This document shows, piece by piece, positions 39,134 through 52,586 of a DNA stretch of 64,000 nt. Source of the DNA: Octopus bimaculoides. Lineage: Eukaryota. The translations under genes and the position numbers were made by a program. The notes under the pieces are model-generated. The model saw only the letters and a program-made list of their open reading frames with translations. It was not told where the DNA came from and searched no databases. The stretch lies in the NCBI RefSeq assembly GCF_001194135.2, contig NC_068985.1:7109112-7173111 (forward strand). Direction: 5' to 3'. The stretch's first letter is position 1. Every line of letters begins with the position of its first letter.

Positions 39134-40695
39134 AGAATAGATAAAAAATAACATTTCAAGCCATCCATTGGATATAATTTATGGCAATAGAATCTCTGAG
39201 CCTCAAAGCTCTAGAAATGTGTGTATCTATTCACGTCAATAATGTTGTTTGCATTTATCAGGTTTATTCTATAGATTGAACAAATATCCGTTTCATAATT
39301 GTACCCTTATAAGTAGGGACATATGACATATTTCACATTTATATTTCCTAGAATTCCATTGATTTTCATTTATTCTTTAATATTTCAGAAACATTTCAAA
39401 TTAATATTTTTCTCTTCAATTTTAGAAATCACAAACCACAACATATATTGAATGCCAAATTAAATATCATTGCTTATTGTGTGTATTCTTCGCATTCATT
39501 GTATACACACACCACACACACACATATATATTTATATATTAATACAAAAACATATATAAATATATATGCATGTATATATCCACACACACATACATATATA
39601 TATAGTTGTATGTGTGTTTGTGTGTGTCCGTGTAATTGTTTGTGTGTGTGAAACCAGTGATGCATATTAAATAGATGATATGTTGTATTTTCCGAATACC
39701 TGACAGCAGCTACGAATAGAAGATTTAAAACTTAATTTTAAACATCACATTCCACTTAAATATATAATATTTGTGTTGGATATATTTCAGCTTTTTCTTT
39801 TTTTTTTTTTTTTCCCTTCCTGACTATTACGTATGATATATTGATTTCCTAGCTGAAAAATATAATTTAATTAAATTAGATGAAAACAAAAATATATTGT
39901 CGTTCTGTAAAACCATCAGTAAAGCTAATTTCAAGAGTTTCTCTTGTACGATATTATAAACTAATGCCTATATTCATTTTTATCAAAAATACGATTATCA
40001 GTGGTTAAAATTTCCATGAATACAACCAGTTTATTTATACAAATCCACATCACTTCTCTAAAATATATCTGGCCATATATTTGGTCACAAATATTGTCTC
40101 ATCACTTCATTTTAAACCGATATAGGATAGATTGCAACGGGATAGTCGTATCCCTGTGAAGGAACAATTTTATCCTACATTAACTAGCTCCAGTTAGGTG
40201 ATAGGAAGGTGTTAAAGTAAGTACGAGGCAACCTTAGAAAATGTATTCTGCATGCTATTCCAAAAGGCTTCTTGATGAATGATAGTATTAGTAATAAAAT
40301 ATCTGTTCTGTTCAATTACATTGTGTGAACTGTGGGCACACCACGAGAGATAAAAACTGTTTTTCTATAGTTACGGATTGCATGTGTTCAGTAATGAGAC
40401 TTGTGTTGACCTCTACAAAAATATTAACCGATGCTGTTCACGTAACAACTCCGTCTAAATGTTCAAACAGTTTCACTTACTGGACTGAGTGGTGAGTCGA
40501 TCTCTTAAGTGAAACACTTGATCTCATGTTGCTCTGCGCTCCAAAACATGATGCGACGTACACCGAGTTTAGGCAACGCCGATTTCAAAGAACGAATGGA
40601 CAGCACTTGCAATTGATTACTACAAACAAATAATTTGCGTCGGTCCTTCAGTGAAAATTGAACACACATACGTGAACTTTATATGAATGAGCGTT

Positions 40696-40809
<114 letters not shown>

Positions 40810-41165
40810 AAAATATATCAATACCGTTTCATATAATTACTTCCCTACGCACGTTTCCCTGCTGTGGTTGTTTGGCACCACAGCATTAGATGGTCCAAGT
40901 GCAGTAGGATGCTTAACTACTGCGGATCATCAGCGGAAAACTTTATGGATGAGGATAATGATAGTCTCCAAGGCACTTTAAACTCAACAGTGGCAGCTGC
41001 ACATTCAGCTCTACACACATGATATATATACATAATATATATATATTTATATATATATATATATAATATATTATATATATATATAATATATTTATGCGTG
41101 ATTGTGTGCGTATGTATAGACATGTTTATATATGCGTGTGTGCGTATGCACGTGTGTATGTATGT

Positions 41166-41397
41166 GAAGAAGAAGAAGAAATAATGTTTCCTTCTCGATC
41201 CTTTCCAGGCCCATGACTGTCGGTTTCCTGGTTCTAGTGACGTATAAACTCCCCTACCTGAACGGAACACCGATCCGTCGCAGGTTTATACCCTTTTGCC
41301 AGCTGAGTTGACTGGAACAACGTGAAATGAAGGAATCGAGATCACAATTTTACGATCATGAGTCCAACACCCTAACCACAAATCCACGCGCCTCCAC
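41166..41397 (-). mobile_element. SINE family D copy with (TTC)n tail
   Basis: Head GGAGGCGCGTGG..GTGGTTAGGGTGTTGGACTCATGATCG..TCGATTCC; body shared with 6695-6875. Confidence 0.8.
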
Positions 41398-44300
41398 GTA
41401 TGCGCGCGAGCGTGTATGTGTGTGTATATGTAGTATCGTAGTTAATCATATTCTAATTTTTAAAAATGATTTTGAATTACTCTAAACCTCTATTTCCTAT
41501 ATTAGGAATTACATAAATTACTTCTTCAGTTCTTTGAATCATTGATTTTGATGCCTCGCACGATGCCGTTCCAAAAACAGATTTACTGGAGAAGCACACA
41601 GCTGAGACGCAGACTGCGATAGAGCTTCCAGATCCAAAAGGTTTCTGTTGCTACAAATACAAATATAAGCCACATTCCATAATCCGTATGACTCTTTAAC
41701 ATCGTGTTGTTCAACAATGCAATCTAACCTCTTTGCCACAGACTTAACTTCTTTTCTCACGCCTTGTTGTTCCCTCGCTGTAAACATTCTCTGCATTTTG
41801 GACTACCCTGGTTATACGCAATCTGCTGTCAAGGACACTGGCACTTCTCTTTGTGTCGGGTGTCTTTGATAAGTTATCAGAGCTTTTGCTCTTTGAAACT
41901 TCCTCTTTGCAAAGTTGATTCCGTTGGTTCGAGAATTTCTTGAGAAAGATTAGCCGCATTTTCGAATATGTATGAAGACCGTGGATATGACTTCTTCGTC
42001 CAAGCGTAAAAAATAGGAGAAAGGCACATAAATATAGTGATTTGTCCTATCAGCTTGATAGTGACATATTCATACCTTTTGATAAAGTTGTATACATTTT
42101 ATAGACATACAAGTAATCACTTGGTGTACGTTTGGTAATTAATATGCAAAAATATGAAATATATGAATTTCTTTAATTAATTCTGTATAAAAAATAAGAT
42201 TTAATTCAATTTTGTTGTAGAGATTATTGTTATACAAATAGAATTTATACCAGAAAAAAAAATTCATGGCAGATAATAATTCTAAAACTTTGCCAAAATA
42301 ATTAAAAATGAATTCCATTTAAAATACTTTCTTGTTGAGATATTCTAACATTTTTCTGTTTTTCAAGATTCAAAGATCATAGAGAAAGTGTTTTATGGAA
42401 AAGAATTTAACCGAGAAATAACTACTAAAGAAGTGATCACATTTTATCGAAATGTTACCCGAAAATAAAAAGCTTATTTCTAAGAATTTAATCTAAATAA
42501 AAATGAAATTATATTTCTAAACATCGTCTTTTCTTACTCACGCTTATGTCAGCATATACACTTCTGGTCACAACAACGCGTCCTATGCATGACTCTGGAT
42601 GGAATATTTGCAGACGATTTTGCTTTCAAGCTACTTTCTTGTACTCTATATTCAGCGACAAGAATTTTCTAAAGATTCACTGAGGTTGTTTGGCCTTTTT
42701 CTTTTTAGCTTCCTTTTACGCATATTTGGAAATAATAATAGTTTTAATATCGAAACAGAAATCTGTTTCACGGAAAGTGAATTAAGTGTCATTTTATTTA
42801 GAATTTTTATTTAAACCGTTTAGTGTCTCCACTTCAGATATTATCCTCTTATTGCGTCTGCTAAATCTATAAATTTATATTACAACAGCTACGGGGTTTA
42901 CTTTGGTGTTATAAATCCGGTCATTGTACATTTGCTAACAGAAAAAAATATTTAGATTACTATAGAAAGGAGCCATCATGAAGCTTACCGGGAGACATTT
43001 TATGCCTTATCTTACAAAACACACTTTTGCTCATATGGTTTGGCAAAAATAGAAACATTGCAAAACATAAAATGTAAATACATCCAAATAAAACGAAAAT
43101 TAAAATCAAATTTATTTAGGAATACGCTTCAGAAAATTTACACATTTAAAAATAAAGAGAAACAATAAATTAGAATTCAAAATTATTCTGGGGAAACAAA
43201 TAGTATTATTTATTTCAACTGAAAGTAATTGTTAGAACAAATTTAGCAGAACATACAGGACTTATTGAAACTGGATAGAATTCCATGATTAAAATAACTG
43301 AAGAGGTTCAGTGCTACTCAGAATTTCTTCAGGGAAGTTCTTATCATAACATAAAACACATTGCATTTTGGTAAAAGAAAAAAAAAAACTTTGTTGCAAG
43401 AGTGTACAGAATTAATGTAGTAAAGTTGCCTGTGAGGTCTCGATTTAATTTTAGGCACTGTTTAAGTTAAGGCATTTGTTAAGAATGATATATATTTGTA
43501 ATTAGAAACGTATTGATGCCCCTAGTGAAATGGCCATCAACTGGTGAACTGTACATTAAACTCTAATTGGTAGAAACTTGTGCCACATTTTAATTCTTAA
43601 TTTAGATTTTTCTATAGTCCTTTCCGCTCTACTTCGGTTAATTCGTCGTCAATCTATATTTCTGGTGAATGAATTATAATTTCTGAGTCATTGAACCGTT
43701 TCGCCAACCAAGCTGTTTCTTTTGTATTTTTTGTCTTTTGGTAAAAATGTATTAACCATGCAACAATTCTCCAAATACGACATTACATGCATACACTTCT
43801 ACCCAAACCAAGGCATGTATTCTAGAAATAACAGCCAAACGCCACTTCCCTATCACACCATACTGCCGCTTTTAAAACAACGAATGAACTCATTTCGTAA
43901 TGAAGTCTTAGATACCTCTAAAAGGCCTGAACATGTAGTTCCGGAACATCTTTCCTCATAATTATGTTCGATCATTACTGATCACAAGCTAAGAAATAAA
44001 AAAAAACTATAGTAATTTTATCGATTTATCAATAGCGGTAAACAAAGCCGAACGCAGTAACATCACAAATCAATAATATAAGGTTAAATGTACCTTGTTG
44101 TACAGCTTCTGTCAGTGTACACAGCATCTCTATCTTCCTATATGTATCGCTCTCTCTCCCTCTCGCTCTCCTCCTTACTCTCACCCCTTCTCTCTTTCTC
44201 CTTCAAATAATGGTTGACCTTCACTTGCACAAGATTTGGTGGCAGTTTTAGAAGTGTGGATAGGGCGTTTGTAGTCTTTTACTGCAAGACCCAGTGTATA

Positions 44301-45142
44301 ACCCACTGACAATAAAACCTACTAACGTGAAGTATCCAGTCAAGAGAAGTACAATTGTGTACAATGATTATTCATTTAATATGAGAAAGTTTATTCAGGC
44401 CTGACGTTTCTTTATTAAGTGTTTTAGAGTGTTAAATATATGTAATGCTTGTAATGTCTCGAATATCGGTTGAATTAGTCTGAAAGAAAAAGTGAGCTCG
44501 TAATTCTATTTGAATCAATAAACCAGAACGTACATATTATTTTATTTTCTTAATAATACAAAATACTAGAACTGAAATTTTTGAGACAATTGTCTAAAAT
44601 TCTAATTAATTAGACATGAAAGTTTACACGTGTATAATTTCGTAAATGCACGGGTTTCTATTAAAACTGACAGTAACGTATGGAAGTATATGCATTCTAA
44701 GATAAGGGTAATAATCTGACACGTCGGTAGCTGGAATTTTGCGTCGAGGCACAGCTTTCCAATGAAGCGGGTTATCTGATGTATGAGTGTTTTTGAAATA
44801 CCTTCTGCTCCAGGTAGAAAAACGAATTAAGAATATTGTATAAAACCAAGCCTGGCAATAGGCATCGGAATACATTTTCTTGAAGCGCCACTGGAGCAAA
44901 ATTCTAAATACAATGCTACAGTTTTAAGGGAATGATTAATCCTTAATCCGTGATCAACAAACGATTTTCAGAATTTCTTGAAAGTATTTTTTTAAAGAAA
45001 TATAATGAATTTATGTCATATATATATATATATATATATGATTAATGTAATGTTATGTAATATAAAGCTGAAGTAAATTATCACCAAATATACAGTGCGT
45101 GTGTTTTTATTGGCTAAACTGGCAATATGACCATTTCCAAGT

Positions 45143-45194
<52 letters not shown>

Positions 45195-45926
45195 AGGTAA
45201 TTACTAAAGCCGGACATGGCAGGGTACTACTGCTAACTGATATATAAATTTAGTTCTGTTTGTTTAAATAGATTTACGTGTAGGGATATCAACTTAAAGG
45301 ATATTGTTTTATGAATAATAGTAACCTTTGTTATGATGGAACTTTCATGCAGAAAGTTTTCCAGTTATTCCATATTTCGACATTTGATTCAGATTTATTA
45401 CAAAGTTGAGCTATAAGGGTGTTGAGTTTTACTTATAAAATGAATTAAGTATCGCGTTATTGCTTCTGAAGTATGTTTTGTCTGAAGCCAAAATCATGAT
45501 TTTCTCATCGAAAATCGCTTTTTTATGACATCAAGAATTCAAACTGACTGTTGCGAAGTTGCAGGACACTTTACGTTCATCTTATTACTATTAGAAGGAT
45601 TTTACATCTACCTTTCAAGCCAAAACAGCGACACATTTTGAATCAAAATATTGTTGGTTTCAAACTGCTTTTGTTCATAACAATCTGCGATCATCTTTGC
45701 AATAGTTTATCATTGATTCGATAACAGCAAAGCTCTCGAAATGATATTTTCGCACCCACCAAAATTGCAGATAGACTCATTATCACTAGGACTTCTATAA
45801 CGAAATCGCAAGAGAAACCATTATAAATTAGCTTGCTCGAGACTATATCCACAATTAGTTGCTAATGTCTTGGGTAAGCAAGACTAATAAATTTGCATTC
45901 CGTCTCTCGATAATAATAATCACCAA

Positions 45927-46048
45927 TTTCTACAATAGGCACAAGGCCTGAAATTTTGGGGGAGGGGACGAGTCGATTACATCGATTATAGTGTTTCACT
46001 GTTACTTACTTTATCGACTCCGGATCTGTGCGGAATTTGAACTCAGAC
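45927..46048 (-). mobile_element. SINE family A 3' part, head cut off at the junction with R4/Dong copy 7
   Basis: Type-1 tail and a partly deleted core ending gaatttgaactcagac. Confidence 0.8.
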
Positions 46049-46530
46049 TGGCGGATATGGTGACTAGCAAAATACTCTGGGATTTCCCAATCCAAACAGA
46101 TCAGGTGCTAGGGTATAACATAGCGGACCTAGTTGTGGCCGACAAGATGCACCACATATGCTATATAGTTTGATGTTGCATGCCCCTTTGATCCACAAAC
46201 AGTGAAGAAGGAAAGTGAAAAGAGAGTTACAACCCTCTTAAGTATGAAATAGCCCGGCTATGGAAAATGAAGAAGGTGGAGATAGTGCCAATTATTGTTG
46301 GGTCCTTGGGAACAGAATCAGAAGGCATCGAGAGGAATATAAAGGAAATTGGAATAGAGTGTCCGGTAGAACTGTTAGAAAGGGCCTGCTTCCTCGGCAC
46401 AAGAAGAATAATCGGGAAAGTATTAGCTGAAAAGGATGGATAACATGGTACCGTAGGCTGCAGGTAGCAAGCCCGCTACACATGCAAGACTCCAAGAGTT
46501 CAAACAAAACCTGTGATAAAGAGAAAATAA
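46049..46530 (+). mobile_element. R4/Dong-like copy 7, RLE and 3' end; same subfamily as copy 6
   Basis: KILWDFPIQTDQVL..YEIARLWKMKKVEIVPIIVGSLG; its 3' UTR caagactcc..gagttcaaacaaaacctgtgataaa.agaaaataa matches 38700-38756. Confidence 0.92.
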
Positions 46531-46537
46531 TAGTAAT

Positions 46538-46738
46538 GATTGCTTCAAATTTTGTGTGGCACACGGCAAGAAAATTTAGGGAGAAGGGGTTAATCGATTG
46601 CATAAAATCCAGGGTTTCACTGATACTTTATTTTATCGATCCTGAAATGTCAAAAGACAAAGGTGAATTCGGTGGAACTTTAACTGCGAACGTAAAGAAG
46701 CGGAATAAATGCAGCACAGCATTTTCTCCGGCACTGCG
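46538..46738 (-). mobile_element. SINE family A copy, diverged, tail-to-tail with R4/Dong copy 7
   Basis: Tail gattgcttcaaattttg..ggcac..aaaatttaggg, core ttttatcgatcctgaaa, head attttctccggcac. Confidence 0.75.
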
Positions 46739-47072
46739 TTGATTCAAGCAAACACGGACTCTTCATTGTTTATAATTTACACACAAGGATGGCAATTTTA
46801 GGGAGAGTGGCTAGTTAATTTAAACGGTTCTAGTACTAGAGTGGTAGCATTTATCAAATACAGAAGAATAAAATAGAAATGAAATTAATAAATGTAAACA
46901 TTCCTATACGCTAATATAATCAGTCGATCATCCTCATCTTCTGTGAAATAGAAACGAGACAATAACATAAACTGGCTGAAGCTGCTCTGAAGAAACTAAG
47001 TTTATATAACCATTTGTGAGTACATATGCATCTCTGTCTGTCTGGGTATCTGTGTGCGTTTTTGTTTAACCA

Positions 47073-47140
47073 TGTATGTGTAGTGGGTCACCAGCTTAGC
47101 CACATCTCTGTGGCCAAGCTGGTGACCCACTATACATACA
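47073..47140. other. Isolated near-perfect hairpin, 31-32 bp stem and 4-nt loop
   Basis: gtatgtgtagtgggtcaccagcttagccaca-tctc-tgtggccaagctggtgacccactatacatac; 29/31 Watson-Crick pairs. Confidence 0.92.
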
Positions 47141-47539
47141 GTTCTAAAATGCCTGTGTACATGTTGTGTAATCGTTGATGCAAATATGTCATTTTGTTAA
47201 GGCGCTTTCTTCGCAATCTTGTCATTGCACGTTTGATTACACTGAAGGACAGGAAAAGAGAATTGAGTCAACCAACATCATATGAGTGAATGCTCGAAGA
47301 CGGAAGCCATCAGACGTTTATCGGACAGAATTTGTCATATCTAATTGAAATTTGCTTTCTTAGAACTCCATCCGTAACATGGTGGGAAGTACAGTGAAGG
47401 GATATTATAAGCTTTGGAATTTTCCTCTTGACACGTTAACTTTACATTAATCCACGGAGAGTATTATTTCCTAAGCTAGTAGGATCTTCTGAATTTATTG
47501 TATGTAGTAATATGTATCACAATGATATATTCACTCGGT

Positions 47540-47925
47540 GGAGGCGCAATCGCCCAGTGTTTAGCGCAGCGGACTCGCGGTTGTAGGATCGCGTTTTCGA
47601 TTCCCAGACCGGGCGTTGTGAGTGTTTATTGAGCAAAAACACCTAAATCTCAACGAGGCTCCGACAGGGGATGGTGGCGAACCCTGCTGTACTCTTTCAC
47701 CACAACTTTCTCTCACTCTTTCTTCCTGTTTCTGTTGTACCTGTATTTCAAAGGGCCAGCCTTGTCACACTGTGTCACGATGAATATCCCCGAGAACTAC
47801 TTTAAGGGTGCACGTGTCTGTGGAGTTCTCAACCACTTGCTCGTTAATTTCACGAGCAGGCTGTTCCGTTGATCGGATCAACTGGAACCCTCGACGTCGT
47901 AAGCGACGGAGTGCCGACAACAACA
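47540..47925 (+). mobile_element. SINE family C, full length, with (CAA)n-like tail
   Basis: Collinear with the reverse complement of 14013-14378. Confidence 0.9.
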
Positions 47926-48744
47926 TTCAATATATACGCAGTCAACAAATTATGCAGGTTGTCCATAAAGTACCTTTACAAATTTAGTTGAGGAAATGTG
48001 GAGGTTGTAAAGATAATTTACGGACACTTGTATATCCCACCCTCACCCCCACAGTGTTGTTATATACACTATTCAATATCTTGCAAAAATATTGAAACAC
48101 ACGGTTATAAATTGGAAAGCATTGGTATGGTGGTTACTGGTATTTTATCTCCGCTAGAAATAATGGATCATGTTTATAATTTAGCCTGACATTGCACCGT
48201 GCATACAAACTCGTCTTGACAGAATTTTTCTATCTCTGACGTATTCGCATAAATAGAAGTTCGCAAATATGTATACCTTTGACCTGCCTTTCTACTTCAC
48301 CACTCAGCTCCCTTATATTATCAGATACATAGCAGTTAAAGCAAAACAAAACACTACACTCGATCTCTCGTCGTACAAACTTTTTAAACACGACGTTCGT
48401 GTGTAGGTAACGCTTATATTCATGTATATTCATGAGTCGAAGATTTGTTCAATTCACAGAGCTGCAATACTTCGTTGATAGAAATACATTTCATTTTTGA
48501 TTAAAGATTAAATCCCAAGAAATGAAGTAATGTCACGACGGCACATGACCATTCTATAAGTTACAGAATTAGTTTTCTGGTTAAAAGAAAACATTGGAAT
48601 CGAATAATATTGTAGGGTCGATAAAAAGTAGCAACTGTGAAATATTAGCAGTTTACGTTTCGAATCCCAGTATTACCATAAAATTATATTGTCATTGTTA
48701 ATGCTACTGCTATTCATGCCATCAACAAAATTCTCATCTGCTTC

Positions 48745-49041
48745 AGCATCATCATCATCATCATCATCATCATCAGTATTATCATCATCATTAACAACAT
48801 CAACAAATATCATCAAAATTATCTCCACCTTCACCATCATGATCATCATTGTCATCATCATCATCATCCACACATCATCATCATCAACATCATCAGCATC
48901 AACATCATCACCACCATCATCATCTTCCTCCTCATCATCATCCTTATCATCAACATCATCATTCTCACTGTCATCATAATCATCCTCATCATCTTCCTTA
49001 TCATCACCATCATTCTCATCATCATCATCATCATCATTCTT

Positions 49042-49073
<32 letters not shown>

Positions 49074-49105
49074 TCTTATCGTCATCATCATCATCACCAT
49101 CATAT
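48745..49105. repeat. Degenerate (CAT)n trinucleotide repeat
   Basis: Seen directly, including recurring cattcttat interruptions. Confidence 0.95.
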
Positions 49106-49680
49106 ATAACCTAATCATTAAATAAATGTTTGCAAGAAAACAATCTTCCTTTACGTTTAATAATCACGTTAGTTTCAAAACTAAATTAACGAAGTCAGTT
49201 TCCAAACAGAACAAAAGAAAACGGACTTGCTTTAACCGCTGTTCTCGCTAGCAATTTCCTCACCATCAACGCCCTCTATTTTGCAGTCAGTTTGTTTTCC
49301 CTGCTGTTTATTTTCTTTGTTCCTTTCACACTACATTTTATCATTGTATCTTCTTTTTTTCTTTTCTTGCTGTTATATTTTTATATCTCTTCGCATTTCT
49401 TCGTAAATGGAGAGACTTTCTTATGTTTAATGAGGTTTCAATGCAATGATAAAATCTTGCTTTGAGGTCGGTCACGATACGAAGATAAACTCGGAACTTG
49501 CAATTTATTTCAAATCACACAGAAACACACAACTAAGCACATAAACAAACACACTCACGCAAACACAAACATACACACACACAAGGGCACACTCATATGC
49601 ACACATATATGTATACATACAGCACATGTCTTATGCGTGTATGTATATGTATACGTGTATATATGAGTGTATGTGTGTGT

Positions 49681-49715
<35 letters not shown>

Positions 49716-49840
49716 GAAAGGAGAGAGAAAGAGAAATGGTGATAGAGCTAGACTGTTAGTTCGATAGATAAATGGATAGACAGACAGACAAAGAGACAGA
49801 CGGATAGACAGAGAGAGATGGGGGACAGAGAGATAGATAG

Positions 49841-50095
49841 ATATGTTTCTTTATTGGCCACACGGGGCTGAACACAGAACGGACAAAATACAAAGTAGAG
49901 CTCTTCTTTTTGGGAAGAGGAGAAAAAAAAAAGAACGGGCAGAAATTCGATCAAAAAGGATCATGAAAGAAAGAAAAAAAAAGGCCGATCAATAGGGATC
50001 GTGTATCACAGAAATGTCATAATGTAAAAAGGGAAAACAGATTAGGTTTATCCGTAGAAAGAAAAGCCTACGGAAAAGACCACGGTAACCTCGGG
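49841..50095 (-). mobile_element. 3' end of an unclassified retroelement (AATAAA followed by an (ATCT)n-like tail)
   Basis: Minus strand ends tgtccgttctgtgttcagccccgtgtggccAATAAAgaaacat, resembling the SINE-A type-2 tail at 28141 and 63020-63078. Confidence 0.5.
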
Positions 50096-50915
50096 CAATA
50101 ATGTCATGCAAAAACAAACACATTACAGTAATCGACTCTTTTTTCCTTTCTTTTTTTAGTTCATAGGATTATGCTGAAGGTGGCTTCGTCATTCACACGT
50201 ATCAGATAGATAGATATATATAGAGAGAGAGAGGGATAGACAGACAAACAGATAGATAGATAGAGAGATAGATAGATAGATAGATAGACATATATGTATG
50301 TGAGTAAACGTGTGTGTTTGTATAATAATTAAATTAGTGTACGTATAAGAGCGAGATTTCAAACTATAATATGCCTATTCATTCTCAGAGCGTTCTGCCA
50401 CTTCTAGACATGCTAATCACTGTTGTATCTCCTCAACGAAGAATCTCTTCCCTCTAAACTGCATGTTTATAATATACGTGCAATTTATTTGTTGTAAAGA
50501 GACTTTGAGAAACCACCGTGTTTCGACCTTGTTGTGTGAGGCGCCTTAATAAAACCGTTGAATCAATGAGTCGAATAAGAGCGCTAGTTTCTGTGTAAAA
50601 ATATCAGTAAACAACTCGTTTGCTGATGAGAGCTGTTGACTGTCAATTCGATAATAATTGATGAGGTACATACAAAACGGCCAGAATCGAAACGGTAAAG
50701 TATCTCTTCATTTTTAGAACGTTAAAACATTGAAATATCGCAGTGCTTCAATCCTCTGTTGCATCATGAATTGCGTGTTATGAACAAGCATCGTCTAAGG
50801 ACGGCAGGGTGTTATCTCCAATGAAGATATATATCGATGATCAATATATTCAAATTCGAATGCGCCAGAATGTGTTAAGAATGAACACGTTATAACACGC
50901 ATGCGCACAAAGTAC

Positions 50916-50972
<57 letters not shown>

Positions 50973-50973
<1 letters not shown>

Positions 50974-51212
50974 GAGGGTGAGTCAAAAAGTAATGCCATT
51001 TTGTATAGAACAGGTATAATTACCAATACAGGAACATGTATCATACATCGAAACGAAGCTGGTATTCTGTGGATCACATCCCTACTTCTCAACATAGTCA
51101 CCGTTTCTCTGAATAGCAATGTTCCACCTTCGAATGAGAGCGTGTATCCCTGCCCCGTAAAATTCTGTTGACTGTTTTTTGAGCCACTTTTTCACTACAG
51201 CTTTCACTTTCA
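50973..51212 (-). mobile_element. Mariner 3' end with TIR (third lineage, CGAGGG-type terminus) at a (TA)n tract
   Basis: TA|CGAGGGTGAGTCAAAAAGT terminus; translation KVKAVVKKWLKKQSTEFYGAGIHALIRRWNIAIQRNGDYVEK*. Confidence 0.88.
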
Positions 51213-51498
51213 CACGGACCCACCTGTATACATTGCTATAGTCTAAATTATGATGATATCAGTCCTGTAAGTTCGCTTGTTTTGCTTATAAAATTCTCAT
51301 TATGTTGCTGTTCATTTCCTTATGATTGTTGCTTGGTCATGGTGGTAGATGCAACAGCGATGGCCGCTGGCAGTAGCAGCAGTAGTAATAATGATAATGA
51401 CAGGAGTAGGCGATGACTCTTAGCCTATCAATAGTAGTTGTGATAGCGATTGCCAATACTCATGTAATTTTGGCGATTACTGTCCCTCTTTGTCACAG

Positions 51499-51804
51499 GT
51501 ATTTAGAAGTTGAAAATCTTATCTGGCCACTACAGTCCCCAGATCTCAATATTATTGAACATTTATGGTGCATTTTAGAAAAACAAGTAAGGAGTCGATA
51601 TCCTCCACCATCATCACTACAAGAACTGGAGACTGTTTTAGCTGAGGAATGGACAAAAATTCATTTGGATACAACTGAAACTCTGTAAGAGTTCATACCT
51701 CGTAGAATTCAAGTCGTAAATTACTGCCAAACGCGGTCCTAACCGATATTAAAATAAATTTGATTGAAATGTTAAGGGTTTTCCATTATTTTGTCCAATC
51801 CCTG
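51499..51804 (+). mobile_element. Tc1-like (DD34E-type) transposase C-terminus with right TIR
   Basis: WPLQSPDLNIIEHLWCILEKQVR..LQELETVLAEEW..IPRRIQ; ends ccattattttgtccaatccctg followed by TA. Confidence 0.9.
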
Positions 51805-52498
51805 TACATATGTCCATTTCTGGCCCTGTTACACAAAGTATGCTATAGTATTTCAACCTGTTTATGCCTTGTGTGGTATTAGAAATCATTATTTTTGTCA
51901 CATACATCCGTAAATATATTATCAAGAAAGAAGTCCGAGCATTTTATTGCTTGCTTATAGACTCAATGTATTGCTGTTTAAACAAATAGTTAGCTATAAT
52001 GAATTCAGAAGATCATACAAGTTTATGATAGAATATTCTCCATAGTTCCACGCAAAATCAATGTCTCAAGAGAGAGTATTGCAATGCTTTCGACCTTTCT
52101 TTGAATTTGTGTTTCACGCCTACAAGTAACGTAGTTGTAAGATCAGAAGCTTCAATTAAAATGGTGAGATAGTGTTATATATAATATATGTGGCAGCATA
52201 CAATTTCACTCTTTCTATTTTTCATATCTGGTTATCTGAGAGGAAAACGAATGTCGATGCATACATGCATCTAATGTTGAAGACCTTTGAGGGAATAGCA
52301 AGGTTATTCAATTTGAATATTGCACTCAGCGGATGCTTATAAAATCTAGCGAAGAATAATTTACGATGAGTATACACAAATGATCGAATTAGGAGGTGAA
52401 TATTGCGCTGAGACTGTCATCAGGAAATATTTGAAATATTACTGAATATCGAAACACGTGTTTATTGGGAATAAGAAAGAAAAAGCGCATCAGATATA

Positions 52499-52505
<7 letters not shown>

Positions 52506-52583
<78 letters not shown>
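52506..52583. repeat. (TG)n microsatellite
   Basis: Seen directly. Confidence 0.98.

Positions 52584-52586
<3 letters not shown>

Noticed and set aside
48673-49118. His-rich, Ser-rich and Met-rich ORFs that might suggest a structural or metal-binding protein
   Set aside because: Several frames on both strands are open simply because the region is a degenerate (CAT)n repeat; there is no signal peptide or splice support.
50615-50705. CTGATGAG and TTGATGAG..CGAAACGG motifs as a possible hammerhead
   Set aside because: I could not build stems I-III around either core.
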